Shown piece after piece: positions 36,864 through 45,472 of a stretch of DNA of 64,000 nt; the stretch's first letter is position 1, and the number at the start of each line of letters is the position of its first letter. The position numbers and the translations under genes were made by a program. Origin of the DNA: Candidatus Merdinaster equi (lineage in GTDB: Bacteria > Bacillota > Clostridia > Lachnospirales > Lachnospiraceae); assembly GCA_018064935.1 (NCBI GenBank), contig JAGHUF010000004.1, positions 21,432 through 85,431 of the forward strand. The letters are read 5' to 3'. The notes beneath the pieces were generated by a model. It was not told where the DNA came from and did not search any database. It was given only the letters and a program-made list of their open reading frames with translations.

Positions 36864-38477
36864 TTAATCGTCGCCCCTATCCCACTTGTCCGCAAGTGAA
36901 GTAATCTGATCTGCAAACCTTGCAAGGTCTTTGTTTGCTCCACCTTCGTTCCTTCGTATAACAGCCAGGAGGTGCTGACCAGCGGCGAGAAGTCTTGCAA
37001 AGACATCTGATGCCTTCTGCGCTTTCTTCTTTGGCGCGATAGGCACTGGAACTGCGTCATAATCAATACAGTTATTGGCAAGATCATAAACAGAACCACT
37101 GTAAGGTGCGTAGGTATCATAATCATATTCATCACGCAGGCAGGCCGCAAAGCTCTCTGTTACAGAATCTTCTCCGTGGACAATAAATACTTTATCCGGT
37201 TTTCTTTCGAACTTAGAAAGCCATTCAATCAATCCGTTTTTGTCAGCATGTCCTGAAAGTCCGGCAAGAGTCTTAATTGTCGCACGAACATTGATTGTCT
37301 CACCGAACAGCTTTACTTCTTCTGCGCCATCGACAAGCATTCTTCCAAGTGTTCCAACCGCCTGATAACCTACAAACAGGATAGTACATTCCTCTCTCCA
37401 GAGATTATGCTTAAGATGATGTCTGATACGCCCTGCCTCACACATTCCTGACGCAGAAATGATAACCTTGGGTGTGTCATCAAAGTTAATCATCTTAGAT
37501 TCATCAGAGGTAATTGCGAGATTTAACCCCCTGAACGTGATTGGATTAATTCCTCTTCTGACGATTTCCATCGCCTCTTCATCAAAACAGTCTGCTATAT
37601 TCTTCTGGAATATTCCCGTCGCCTCCACAGCCAGCGGGCTGTCGACGTACACTGGGAAATCAGGATAATTGCGTACAAGCTTGTCCTCTTTTATCTGTCT
37701 GATAAAATACAGAATCTCCTGTGTTCTTCCAACCGCAAAAGAAGGAATAACCACATTTCCCTTTTTCTCAAAGGTCGTCTCGAGGACGCTCGCAAGCTCC
37801 TTCACGTAATCAACACGCTCCTTGCTGTGAAGCCTGTCGCCATACGTGGATTCCATTACAACATAATCAGCTTCAGCAGTCGCGATTGGATCCTTTATCA
37901 GCGGCTGGTTCTTATTACCAATATCCCCCGAAAATACGATTTTCTTATCGATTCCCTCTTCTGAAACCCAGATTTCAATACTTGCAGAGCCAAGCAAATG
38001 TCCTATGTCAGTAAATCTGATCTTTATTCCATCACACAGCTCTATTGTATCTCCGTAGCGAACCGGAACCAGAAGTTTAATGGTACCATCTGCATCTTCC
38101 ATTGTATATGCAGGTTCAACGAGTTCTGTGTTTGAACTTCTCTTATTCTTACGATTCTTCCACTCACACTCAGCCTGCTGAATGTGCGCACAGTCACGGA
38201 GCATGATGCTACATAAATCTACGGTTGCAGTAGTTGCAAATATTTGCCCCCTGAATCCGTTAGCATACAATAGCGGAAGCATTCCAGAATGGTCAACATG
38301 TGCATGCGTAAGGAGCACATAATCAATCATTGATGCCGAGACAGGCAAATCCACATTTTCAAAAACATCAACGCCCTGCTGCATTCCGTAATCAACAAGG
38401 ATATTTTTACCACAGGCTTCCAGATAATGACAGCTTCCAGTAACCTCATGGTCTGCACCGATAAAATTCAGTTTCAT
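36864..38477 (-). CDS. MBL-fold beta-CASP RNA-metabolising hydrolase
   Basis: MKLNFIGADHEVTGSC...LLTHAHVDHSG (HxHxDH), followed by beta-CASP and RNA-specificity-like regions. Start is set at 38477 behind AGGTGGGGAAGGT. The track start at 38543 has no RBS. Confidence 0.8.
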   Translation of the reverse strand: MKLNFIGADHEVTGSCHYLEACGKNILVDYGMQQGVDVFENVDLPVSASMIDYVLLTHAHVDHSGMLPLLYANGFRGQIFATTATVDLCSIMLRDCAHIQQAECEWKNRKNKRSSNTELVEPAYTMEDADGTIKLLVPVRYGDTIELCDGIKIRFTDIGHLLGSASIEIWVSEEGIDKKIVFSGDIGNKNQPLIKDPIATAEADYVVMESTYGDRLHSKERVDYVKELASVLETTFEKKGNVVIPSFAVGRTQEILYFIRQIKEDKLVRNYPDFPVYVDSPLAVEATGIFQKNIADCFDEEAMEIVRRGINPITFRGLNLAITSDESKMINFDDTPKVIISASGMCEAGRIRHHLKHNLWREECTILFVGYQAVGTLGRMLVDGAEEVKLFGETINVRATIKTLAGLSGHADKNGLIEWLSKFERKPDKVFIVHGEDSVTESFAACLRDEYDYDTYAPYSGSVYDLANNCIDYDAVPVPIAPKKKAQKASDVFARLLAAGQHLLAVIRRNEGGANKDLARFADQITSLADKWDRGDD

Positions 38478-38570
38478 ACCTTCCCCACCTTTCCTGTTTT
38501 CAATTGCATAAAACCCCAAAAATACATAAATATTGTACCACATAAGTGCCTATTTGTGCATATATATGCT

Positions 38571-41300
38571 ATGATAGAAAGCATGACAGAGCAGAAAAAT
38601 AGCAGAATCACTATCGGCATAGTCGCCCATGTAGATGCTGGAAAAACAACATTATCAGAGAGCCTTTTATTTGGTTCAGGTGTTATTTCGTCTTCAGGCA
38701 GAGTGGATTCGGGAAACACGTTCCTGGATACTGATGTCGTCGAAAAAGAACGTGGCATCACCATATATACCAAAAATGCTCGAATTCCTATTTCGGGGGA
38801 CAGACAAGCCGGCGAATTCATCCTTATTGATACCCCCGGTCATGTTGATTTTGGTCCCGAGATGGAGCGCGCTCTGTCCGTGATGGATTATGCAATTCTG
38901 CTGATCAGCGCACCCGAAGGAATCCAGTCGCATACTCGCACTCTGTGGAGTCTTCTCAAATCCTATCGCATCCCAACACTCATATACGTGAATAAAACAG
39001 ACATAAAGGGCGTGGACTGCGATAGCCTGATGTCACAGATTAAAAACAAACTGTCGGACTGCGCCATTTCTTTCAAGGGTCTTCAGGAGACGCACGAAAT
39101 CGGCTTTGAGCTCACGTCCGAAATGTGCGAAGAAATTGCTGCTACTGACGAAGTTCTTATATCTGAGTTTCTTGAATCGAATGAACTCTCAATGTCATCA
39201 GTACAGAGCGCTTTTAGCAATCGTTCTTTTTTTCCAGTATTATTCGGCAGTGCATTAACACATGAGGGTACTGCTTCTCTTTTATCTGTAATAAACCGCT
39301 TATTTATGACCTCCGAAGCAGGTGCGACTGATAATCAGTGCGAACCTGGCGGAATAATATACAAAATCACCTACGATAAGCAGGGAAAGCGATTGGCCTT
39401 CCTAAGAGTCACAAGCGGAACCCTGAGGGTGAGAAGTGTACTCGGGGATGAGAAGATTACTGAGATAAGAATCTATTCCGGAGAGAAATATTCACAGGTA
39501 GGGGAGGTATCGGCCGGTGAAATATGTGCCATTCCCGGACTCACTTCTTATCAGGCAGGTGACACATTTGGCAAATCGCAGACGATAAAAAGTAGGCTCC
39601 TTACACCAGCAATATCTTATGCCGTTCATTTTCCTATTGAACTAAACCAGAATGTCAACACTGACACGCGTGAAATGCTGCGAGTTATGGAACAGCTCAC
39701 GGAAGAAGATCCTTCTCTTGCCACCGAATATAATGAGCAGATGAGAGAGATTCAGGTTCGGCTTATGGGTGATATCCAGACTCAGATACTGAAGCGAACT
39801 TTGCTTGACCGATTTGGACTCAATGCTGAATTTGGAGAAGGAAAAATCTGTTACAAAGAGACGGTTGACGCTTCTACCATTGGTGTTGGGCACTTCGAGC
39901 CCCTTCGCCATTATGCTGAGGTTCAGCTGAGAATTGAGCCACTGCCACTGGGAAGTGGTCTGGAATTTGCATCAGAAGTATCCGAGGATTTGCTTGATAA
40001 GAACTGGCAAAGATTAATAATGACACATCTCCAGGAGCGCGAACATCGCGGTGTTTTAACTGGCGCCCCTATTACTGATATCAGATTCACAATTGTCGCT
40101 GGAAGAGCGCACAACAAACACACTGAGGGCGGCGATTTCAGGCAGGCCACCTACAGGGCTATACGACAGGGACTTATGAAGCTATTCGCCACAGACAATT
40201 GCAGACTTTTGGAGCCTTACTACGACTACACCTTAAGACTTCCTGAGTCCAATGTCGGACGTGCAATGACCGATATTTCTGCCATGCCGGGAACCTGTAA
40301 TATTTCAGAGAATGATTATGATAACGGAATCACTGTTCTGACAGGAACTGCCCCTGTCAGTGCGATGAACCACTATACCTCAGATGTAATCGCCTATACA
40401 AAAGGTCTTGGTCAGCTGTCCTTCAGCGTATCTGGCTACGGACCATGTCACAACGAGGCAGAGGTTCTGAGTTCTACACGCTATAACCCTGATGCAGATT
40501 TGCGAAACCCTTCCTCATCAGTATTCTGTTCTCACGGAGCAGGAACAGTTATCCCCTGGAACGAAGTTGATTTGTATAAGCATCTCGATTATTCGGACGG
40601 CTATTTCACAGACAGAAGTTTGCAGGACTCGGAAGAAGAAAGTGCCGCCGCCAACAAGCAGAGGCGTTTATTCGAAAATATGAATAACGCAATCAGCACC
40701 GAAGAAATTGATTCCATTCTTCAAAAGAGTTCCCATGCTAACGCAGAGGGAAGAAAAGGTTCCTATAAAGGTATCTCCGAATCTCTGAGAAGGACAAGGC
40801 TTGAAAAATCAAAGTCTGATTCTAGTTCAGAAGCAAAGTATAAAGGTTCTCCGAGAAAAGAGCCTTATCTTCTCGTGGATGGCTATAACGTAATCCATGC
40901 CTGGGCGGAGCTGAGCAGCTTAATGGAAGCCTCTATCGATGCCGCTGCCGGAAGACTCAATGATATCCTCAGTAGCTATCAGGCCATTACAGGCGTTCAT
41001 CTGATTGTCGTTTATGATGCATATAAAGTAAAAGGACATTCCACAGAGGAAATGTCCTATCACAATATCACAGTTGTATATACTCGTGAAGCCCAGACTG
41101 CAGATCAGTATATAGAGAGATTTGCTCATGAGAATGCATCGAAATACGAAATTACCGTCGTTACATCCGATGGGCTAGAACAGATAATAATAAGAGGTGC
41201 CGGTGCACTTCTCATCTCCTCAAGAGAATTCGAAGATATTGTCAATCAGAGGAGAACTGATTTCAACGCCACACACAACATTACGAGCGATGAGGAGTAG
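38571..41300 (+). CDS. TetM/EF-G-family translational GTPase fused to a C-terminal Rae1/YacP-type NYN ribonuclease domain
   Basis: G1 AHVDAGKTT, G2 RGITI, G3 DTPGH and G4 NKTD, then EF-G-like domains II-V. A Ser/Lys/Glu-rich linker follows. Residues encoded by 40860-41297 read PYLLVDGYNVIHAW...LIVVYDAYKVKG...ITVVYTREAQTADQYIE...VVTSDGLEQ, which aligns motif for motif with B. subtilis YacP/Rae1. The start could be 38571 or 38583, and the RBS is weak. Confidence 0.8.
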   Translation: MIESMTEQKNSRITIGIVAHVDAGKTTLSESLLFGSGVISSSGRVDSGNTFLDTDVVEKERGITIYTKNARIPISGDRQAGEFILIDTPGHVDFGPEMERALSVMDYAILLISAPEGIQSHTRTLWSLLKSYRIPTLIYVNKTDIKGVDCDSLMSQIKNKLSDCAISFKGLQETHEIGFELTSEMCEEIAATDEVLISEFLESNELSMSSVQSAFSNRSFFPVLFGSALTHEGTASLLSVINRLFMTSEAGATDNQCEPGGIIYKITYDKQGKRLAFLRVTSGTLRVRSVLGDEKITEIRIYSGEKYSQVGEVSAGEICAIPGLTSYQAGDTFGKSQTIKSRLLTPAISYAVHFPIELNQNVNTDTREMLRVMEQLTEEDPSLATEYNEQMREIQVRLMGDIQTQILKRTLLDRFGLNAEFGEGKICYKETVDASTIGVGHFEPLRHYAEVQLRIEPLPLGSGLEFASEVSEDLLDKNWQRLIMTHLQEREHRGVLTGAPITDIRFTIVAGRAHNKHTEGGDFRQATYRAIRQGLMKLFATDNCRLLEPYYDYTLRLPESNVGRAMTDISAMPGTCNISENDYDNGITVLTGTAPVSAMNHYTSDVIAYTKGLGQLSFSVSGYGPCHNEAEVLSSTRYNPDADLRNPSSSVFCSHGAGTVIPWNEVDLYKHLDYSDGYFTDRSLQDSEEESAAANKQRRLFENMNNAISTEEIDSILQKSSHANAEGRKGSYKGISESLRRTRLEKSKSDSSSEAKYKGSPRKEPYLLVDGYNVIHAWAELSSLMEASIDAAAGRLNDILSSYQAITGVHLIVVYDAYKVKGHSTEEMSYHNITVVYTREAQTADQYIERFAHENASKYEITVVTSDGLEQIIIRGAGALLISSREFEDIVNQRRTDFNATHNITSDEE

Positions 41301-42696
41301 TAGCTGTCTCATACTCTCTCATAAGTCTAAGCATCGCCCCGGTGCAGACTGCAGTAATCAGGGTTCCCTCTGGCGCATACTCTTCACTGAGAACTTGCGC
41401 ATTTTTATGAAGACGGTTTAATACATCTCCTGCGCTATACGGAACTAGTGCAGTGATTTCCTCTGCATCTCCGTAAAGCTGTTCTGATATCATAGATAAA
41501 AGCTCATCTATTCCATCACCTGTTTTAGTTGAAACATAGACAATATTGTCGTTCACTCTTACTGGTGCACTTATTTTTTTCTCAATGAGATCTGACTTGT
41601 TGAGAATATATATTCTTGGAATGTCTCCAGCTTCCAGCTCATCCAGTGTCTTTTCTGTTATGTCTCGATGCTGCTTATGATATGGGTCCGATGCATCCAG
41701 AACGATAAGAAGCAAGTCAGCATATTTCACTTCCTCAAGCGTTGACCGAAACGCCTTTACCAAACCATGCGGAAGATTCTCAATAAACCCAACTGTATCT
41801 GACAAAAGAAAATCCTGCCTGTTTGCCCTATATATATGCCTAATTGACGTATCGAGTGTCGCAAAGAGCATGTTCTTCTCAAACACCTGCTTTTCCTCTC
41901 TCGCATCCGGCACATACTTGGACAAGGTCAACAGTCTGTTCATCAGAGAGGACTTGCCTGCATTCGTGTAACCAACCAGCGCCGCATGGGGAATATCACT
42001 CGATTTTCTCCCCTGTCTCTGAACCTGACGTGTCCTGCTGATAGTAGCCAGTTCTCTCTCAAGTTCAGCAATTCTGTGGCCTATTTGTCTTCTATCAAGT
42101 TCAAGCTGTTTCTCACCCACACCTTTGTTTGACCTAGAACCACTACCTCCACCCTGTCTTCCAAGGTGCTGCCACATTCCAGTAAGCCTTGGAAGCATAT
42201 ACTGCAGATAAGCCGACTCTACCTGCAATCTCGACTCCCTCGTCTTAGCTCTTCTGGAGAAGATTTCCAATATAAGTCCTGTTCTGTCCCAGACCGGAAT
42301 TCCTATCATCTTCTGTATATTCTTCATCTGAGCGGGGCTTAGATTGTCCTCGAATACACAATATTCAGCTTCAAGCACTCTCGCTGTTTCAGCTAATTCT
42401 TCGATTTTTCCACGGCCTAAATATGTCCCACTATCTGGATGGGGCAGTGTCTGCGATAAAAAAGCAACCACATCCATATCGCAGGCATCTATAAGACTCT
42501 TCATTTCATCCATCGAATGCTCAAAATCATCTGCCCTCTCATCTGTACGAAGCCCTGCCAAAATCGCGCGCGGTCTGCACTCTTCTTCCGGAATATCTAT
42601 TTCTATCATTTCTCTTGGCATACTATCCTCATTTCCAAGCAATTTGTTGCGGAAAACAAACGCATCAGCGCTATTCTTCGCACTATGTTCTTTCAT
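41281..42696 (-). CDS. hflX: GTPase HflX
   Basis: HflX N-domain, then GYTNAGKSSL, DTVGF and NKSD. Start is set at MKEHS (42696). The 12 extra codons of the track ORF lie inside the palindrome. Its 3' end overlaps the convergent GTPase-NYN gene by 20 nt. Confidence 0.85.
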   Translation of the reverse strand: MKEHSAKNSADAFVFRNKLLGNEDSMPREMIEIDIPEEECRPRAILAGLRTDERADDFEHSMDEMKSLIDACDMDVVAFLSQTLPHPDSGTYLGRGKIEELAETARVLEAEYCVFEDNLSPAQMKNIQKMIGIPVWDRTGLILEIFSRRAKTRESRLQVESAYLQYMLPRLTGMWQHLGRQGGGSGSRSNKGVGEKQLELDRRQIGHRIAELERELATISRTRQVQRQGRKSSDIPHAALVGYTNAGKSSLMNRLLTLSKYVPDAREEKQVFEKNMLFATLDTSIRHIYRANRQDFLLSDTVGFIENLPHGLVKAFRSTLEEVKYADLLLIVLDASDPYHKQHRDITEKTLDELEAGDIPRIYILNKSDLIEKKISAPVRVNDNIVYVSTKTGDGIDELLSMISEQLYGDAEEITALVPYSAGDVLNRLHKNAQVLSEEYAPEGTLITAVCTGAMLRLMREYETATTPHRS

Positions 42697-42860
42697 GTCG
42701 TAGTCTCTATCGTGAGTATAATCGCAAACCATAAGAAGGTGCTTAGGAGCCGCCGGTACTTAGACGCTGTATTTTGGCGTCTTATGTACCGCTGCGTGCG
42801 ACTAGCAGCGAGAGCGTGCCTTCGTTGGTTGCGATTATACTCACGATTTCTTTTTCGCAT
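42693..42860 (-). CDS. candidate 55-codon upstream ORF (MRKRNREYNRNQRRHALAASRTQRYIRRQNTASKYRRLLSTFLWFAIILTIETTT), stop overlapping the hflX ATG (ATGA)
   Basis: My own translation; it falls below the ORF-track length cutoff. There is no convincing RBS, and the reading frame could be a by-product of the palindrome. Confidence 0.2.
   Translation of the reverse strand: MRKRNREYNRNQRRHALAASRTQRYIRRQNTASKYRRLLSTFLWFAIILTIETTT
42709..42848. repeat. 140-nt imperfect palindrome (outer arms atcgtgagtataatcgcaa / ttgcgattatactcacgat) in the hflX - purF-like intergenic region
   Basis: The outer 19-22 bp pair perfectly. Inner segments gaagg(t/c) and ggtac.t.agacgc also pair. The apex is near 42770-42776. 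On the plus strand the structure is followed by tttcttttt. Confidence 0.7.
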
Positions 42861-42957
42861 CTTACGAATAATCAGATTTCATAAATATGATAACAGTTTT
42901 GTGCGATATTTGCGAATAAATCCATGAAAATCGCACAAAAATCGTCACATTCTTTTG

Positions 42958-42986
42958 TTGTATCTGAATAAAAGATTTGCTAAAAT
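42958..42986 (+). promoter_or_regulatory. candidate extended -10 promoter for the purF-like/purC operon (-35 TTGTAT, TGc-TAAAAT)
   Basis: TTGTAT at 42958-42963, a 17-nt spacer ending in TGC, and TAAAAT at 42981-42986. Confidence 0.4.
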
Positions 42987-43067
42987 GAATCTTGGGTTTT
43001 TTTCTTATTTGATATTGTCTGATATAGGAAAAATACCCCTATTATATTTGGAAAAGGGAGAAATGAA

Positions 43068-44474
43068 ATGGGCGGCTTTTTTGGCGTTGCAGCAAAGGAA
43101 GACTGTGTCTTCGATCTATTCTTCGGCATCGACTATCATTCTCATTTAGGTACCAGACGTGCCGGAATGACAGTATATGGCAAAGATGGTTTTAACAGAG
43201 CAATTCATAATATTGAAAATGCTCCTTTCCGTACAAAATTTGATAAAGATATCCAATCAATGCATGGTCATTATGGTATTGGATGCATTTCTGACTACGA
43301 ACCCCAGCCCCTTTTGGTTCGTTCTCATCATGGAACCTACTCTCTTACCACTGTCAGCAAGATTAATAACACAGAGGAACTTGTTGGTAAGCTTTTAGAA
43401 ACAAATCACTCACACTTCCTTGAAATGAGTGGTGGTGATATCAACGCTACAGAATTGGTAGCATCTCTCATTAATCAAAAAGAAAATCTGATCGAAGGAA
43501 TCAAATATGCACTTGAAAGTGTTGATGGCTCCCTCTCTCTTCTCCTGATGAATGAGCACGGAATCTATGCAGCAAGAGACTGCAAGGGACGTACACCAGT
43601 TGTAATCGGCCATAAAGACGATGGTTTCTGCGCATCATTTGAAAGCTTTGCCTACAAGAACTTAGGCTACAAGGATTATAAAGAATTAGGTCCTGGCGAA
43701 ATTGTTGTAATCAATGCCAACAAGTGCCAGACTCTTTCAAACCCGGGAACAAAGATGAAAATCTGTACTTTCCTGTGGATTTACTATGGCTATCCTTCAA
43801 GCTCATATGAAGGAATATCTGTTGAGGCAATGCGCTATAGATGTGGTGCAATGATGGCCAAGAGAGACAGTGTTAAACCAGACATCGTTGCAGGAGTACC
43901 GGATTCTGGAACTGCACATGCAGTTGGATATGCCAACGAATCAGGCGTTCCATTCTCAAGACCATTCATCAAATATACACCTACATGGCCTCGTTCATTC
44001 ATGCCAACCATTCAGAGCCAGCGTAATCTGATTGCCAAGATGAAGCTGCTTGCAGTAGAAGAACTCATTCGCGACAAGAGTCTCCTTCTCATTGACGATT
44101 CAATTGTAAGAGGTACTCAGCTTAGAGAGACAACCGAATATTTATTTGAGAGCGGTGCCAAGGAAGTTCATATTCGTCCTGCTTGTCCACCACTTCTATA
44201 TGGTTGTAAGTACCTAAACTTCTCAAGATCATCTTCTGAGATGGATCTTATTACAAGAAGAGTAATCGACAGACTTGAGAACGGAAATGTCACTGATGAA
44301 ATTCTTGAGGAATATGCAAACCCAGATTCTGAGAAGTATAAGATAATGATTGAAGAGATTCGCAAGGAACTCAAGTTCACATCTCTTGCTTTCAACCGTC
44401 TTGATGATATGCTTGAAGCAGTTGGACTTGATCCAGACAATTGCTGTACTTACTGTTGGAACGGAAAAGAATAA
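43068..44474 (+). CDS. amidophosphoribosyltransferase-like protein lacking the N-terminal Cys nucleophile
   Basis: 468 aa. PRTase domain (LLLIDDSIVRGTQ) and Ntn-amidotransferase-like N-domain. The N-terminus is MGGFFGV instead of MCGI(V/L)G. Cys-rich C-terminus CCTYCWNG. RBS AAGGGAG. Confidence 0.8.
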   Translation: MGGFFGVAAKEDCVFDLFFGIDYHSHLGTRRAGMTVYGKDGFNRAIHNIENAPFRTKFDKDIQSMHGHYGIGCISDYEPQPLLVRSHHGTYSLTTVSKINNTEELVGKLLETNHSHFLEMSGGDINATELVASLINQKENLIEGIKYALESVDGSLSLLLMNEHGIYAARDCKGRTPVVIGHKDDGFCASFESFAYKNLGYKDYKELGPGEIVVINANKCQTLSNPGTKMKICTFLWIYYGYPSSSYEGISVEAMRYRCGAMMAKRDSVKPDIVAGVPDSGTAHAVGYANESGVPFSRPFIKYTPTWPRSFMPTIQSQRNLIAKMKLLAVEELIRDKSLLLIDDSIVRGTQLRETTEYLFESGAKEVHIRPACPPLLYGCKYLNFSRSSSEMDLITRRVIDRLENGNVTDEILEEYANPDSEKYKIMIEEIRKELKFTSLAFNRLDDMLEAVGLDPDNCCTYCWNGKE

Positions 44475-44527
44475 ATTAAACCTGCCACCACAAATCTGCA
44501 GGTTATAGAAAGGGCATAGGTATATAT

Positions 44528-45391
44528 ATGAAACCAATTAAAGAAGGAAAAGTTCGTGAGATTTATGATAATGGCGATAGCCTCATTATGGTAGCTACAG
44601 ACAGAATCAGCTGCTTCGATGTTATTCTTAACAATGTTGTTACTAAGAAGGGAACCGTTCTCACACAGATGAGTAAATTCTGGTTCGATATGACAAAGGA
44701 TATCCTTCCAAACCACATGATATCTGTTGATGTTAAGGATATGCCTGAGTTCTTCCAGCAGAAGCAGTTTGATGGTAATTCCATGATGTGTAAGAAACTC
44801 ACAATGCTCCCTGTTGAATGTATTGTAAGAGGATATATCACAGGTTCAGGATGGGCTAGCTACCAGAAAACTGGAAAGGTATGTGGAATCACTCTTCCAG
44901 AAGGTCTCAAGGAATCAGATAAGCTTCCTGAGCCAATCTATACTCCATCAACAAAGGCTGAAATTGGTGATCACGATGAGAACATAAGCTTTGAAGAAAG
45001 CGTTGCATACCTTGAGAAGCGTTTCCCTGGCAAGGGACAGGAATATGCTGAGAAGCTCCGTGATTACACAATAGCTCTCTACAAGAAATGTGCAGACTAT
45101 GCACTTACAAAGGGAATTATTATTGCTGATACCAAATTCGAATTTGGTCTTGATGAGGATGGCAATATTGTAATTGGTGATGAAATGTTAACTCCCGACT
45201 CATCACGTTTCTGGCCTTTAGAGGGTTATGAGCCTGGTCATTCACAGCCTTCATTTGATAAGCAGTTTGCAAGAGACTGGCTCAAGGCAAACAATGGTCA
45301 CAACTGGACTCTTCCTCAGGAAATTGTTGATAAGACAATTGCTATTTATCTTGAGGGATATGAGAAGCTTACAGGCAAGCCACTTGCATAA
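44528..45391 (+). CDS. purC: phosphoribosylaminoimidazole-succinocarboxamide synthase
   Basis: 287 aa. EGKVREIYDNGDSLIMVATDRISCFD and the DTKFEFG motif. Confidence 0.95.
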   Translation: MKPIKEGKVREIYDNGDSLIMVATDRISCFDVILNNVVTKKGTVLTQMSKFWFDMTKDILPNHMISVDVKDMPEFFQQKQFDGNSMMCKKLTMLPVECIVRGYITGSGWASYQKTGKVCGITLPEGLKESDKLPEPIYTPSTKAEIGDHDENISFEESVAYLEKRFPGKGQEYAEKLRDYTIALYKKCADYALTKGIIIADTKFEFGLDEDGNIVIGDEMLTPDSSRFWPLEGYEPGHSQPSFDKQFARDWLKANNGHNWTLPQEIVDKTIAIYLEGYEKLTGKPLA

Positions 45392-45395
45392 GTTC

Positions 45396-45472
45396 AAATG
45401 CCCACAACTCTTTCTGCGGCCTTGATCCCCTATGGGCGGTCACGCGTAAATGAGTTGTGGGCATTTATTTTT
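45396..45472 (+). terminator. terminator-like long hairpin after purC
   Basis: aaatgcccacaactc (45396-45410) pairs with gagttgtgggcattt (45452-45466), followed by atttttc. The interior loop is 41 nt. Confidence 0.5.

Noticed and set aside
38427-38570. N-terminal extension of the GTPase-NYN ORF. The analogous extension of the MBL gene reaches 38543, and that of htpG reaches 33469.
   Set aside because: The extensions overlap the divergent gene or promoter region and lack an RBS. Family-typical N-termini and SD sequences occur at the internal starts.
42709-42848. Possible purine riboswitch, because the palindrome arm contains TATAATCGC and lies upstream of purF-like. A ZTP riboswitch was also considered.
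   Set aside because: The conserved purine-aptamer cores (AUAUGG, GUUUCUACC, CCGUAAAU, GACUAU) and the ZTP pseudoknot sequence are absent. The element is a simple long palindrome lying upstream of the predicted purF-like promoter, so it would not be in that leader.
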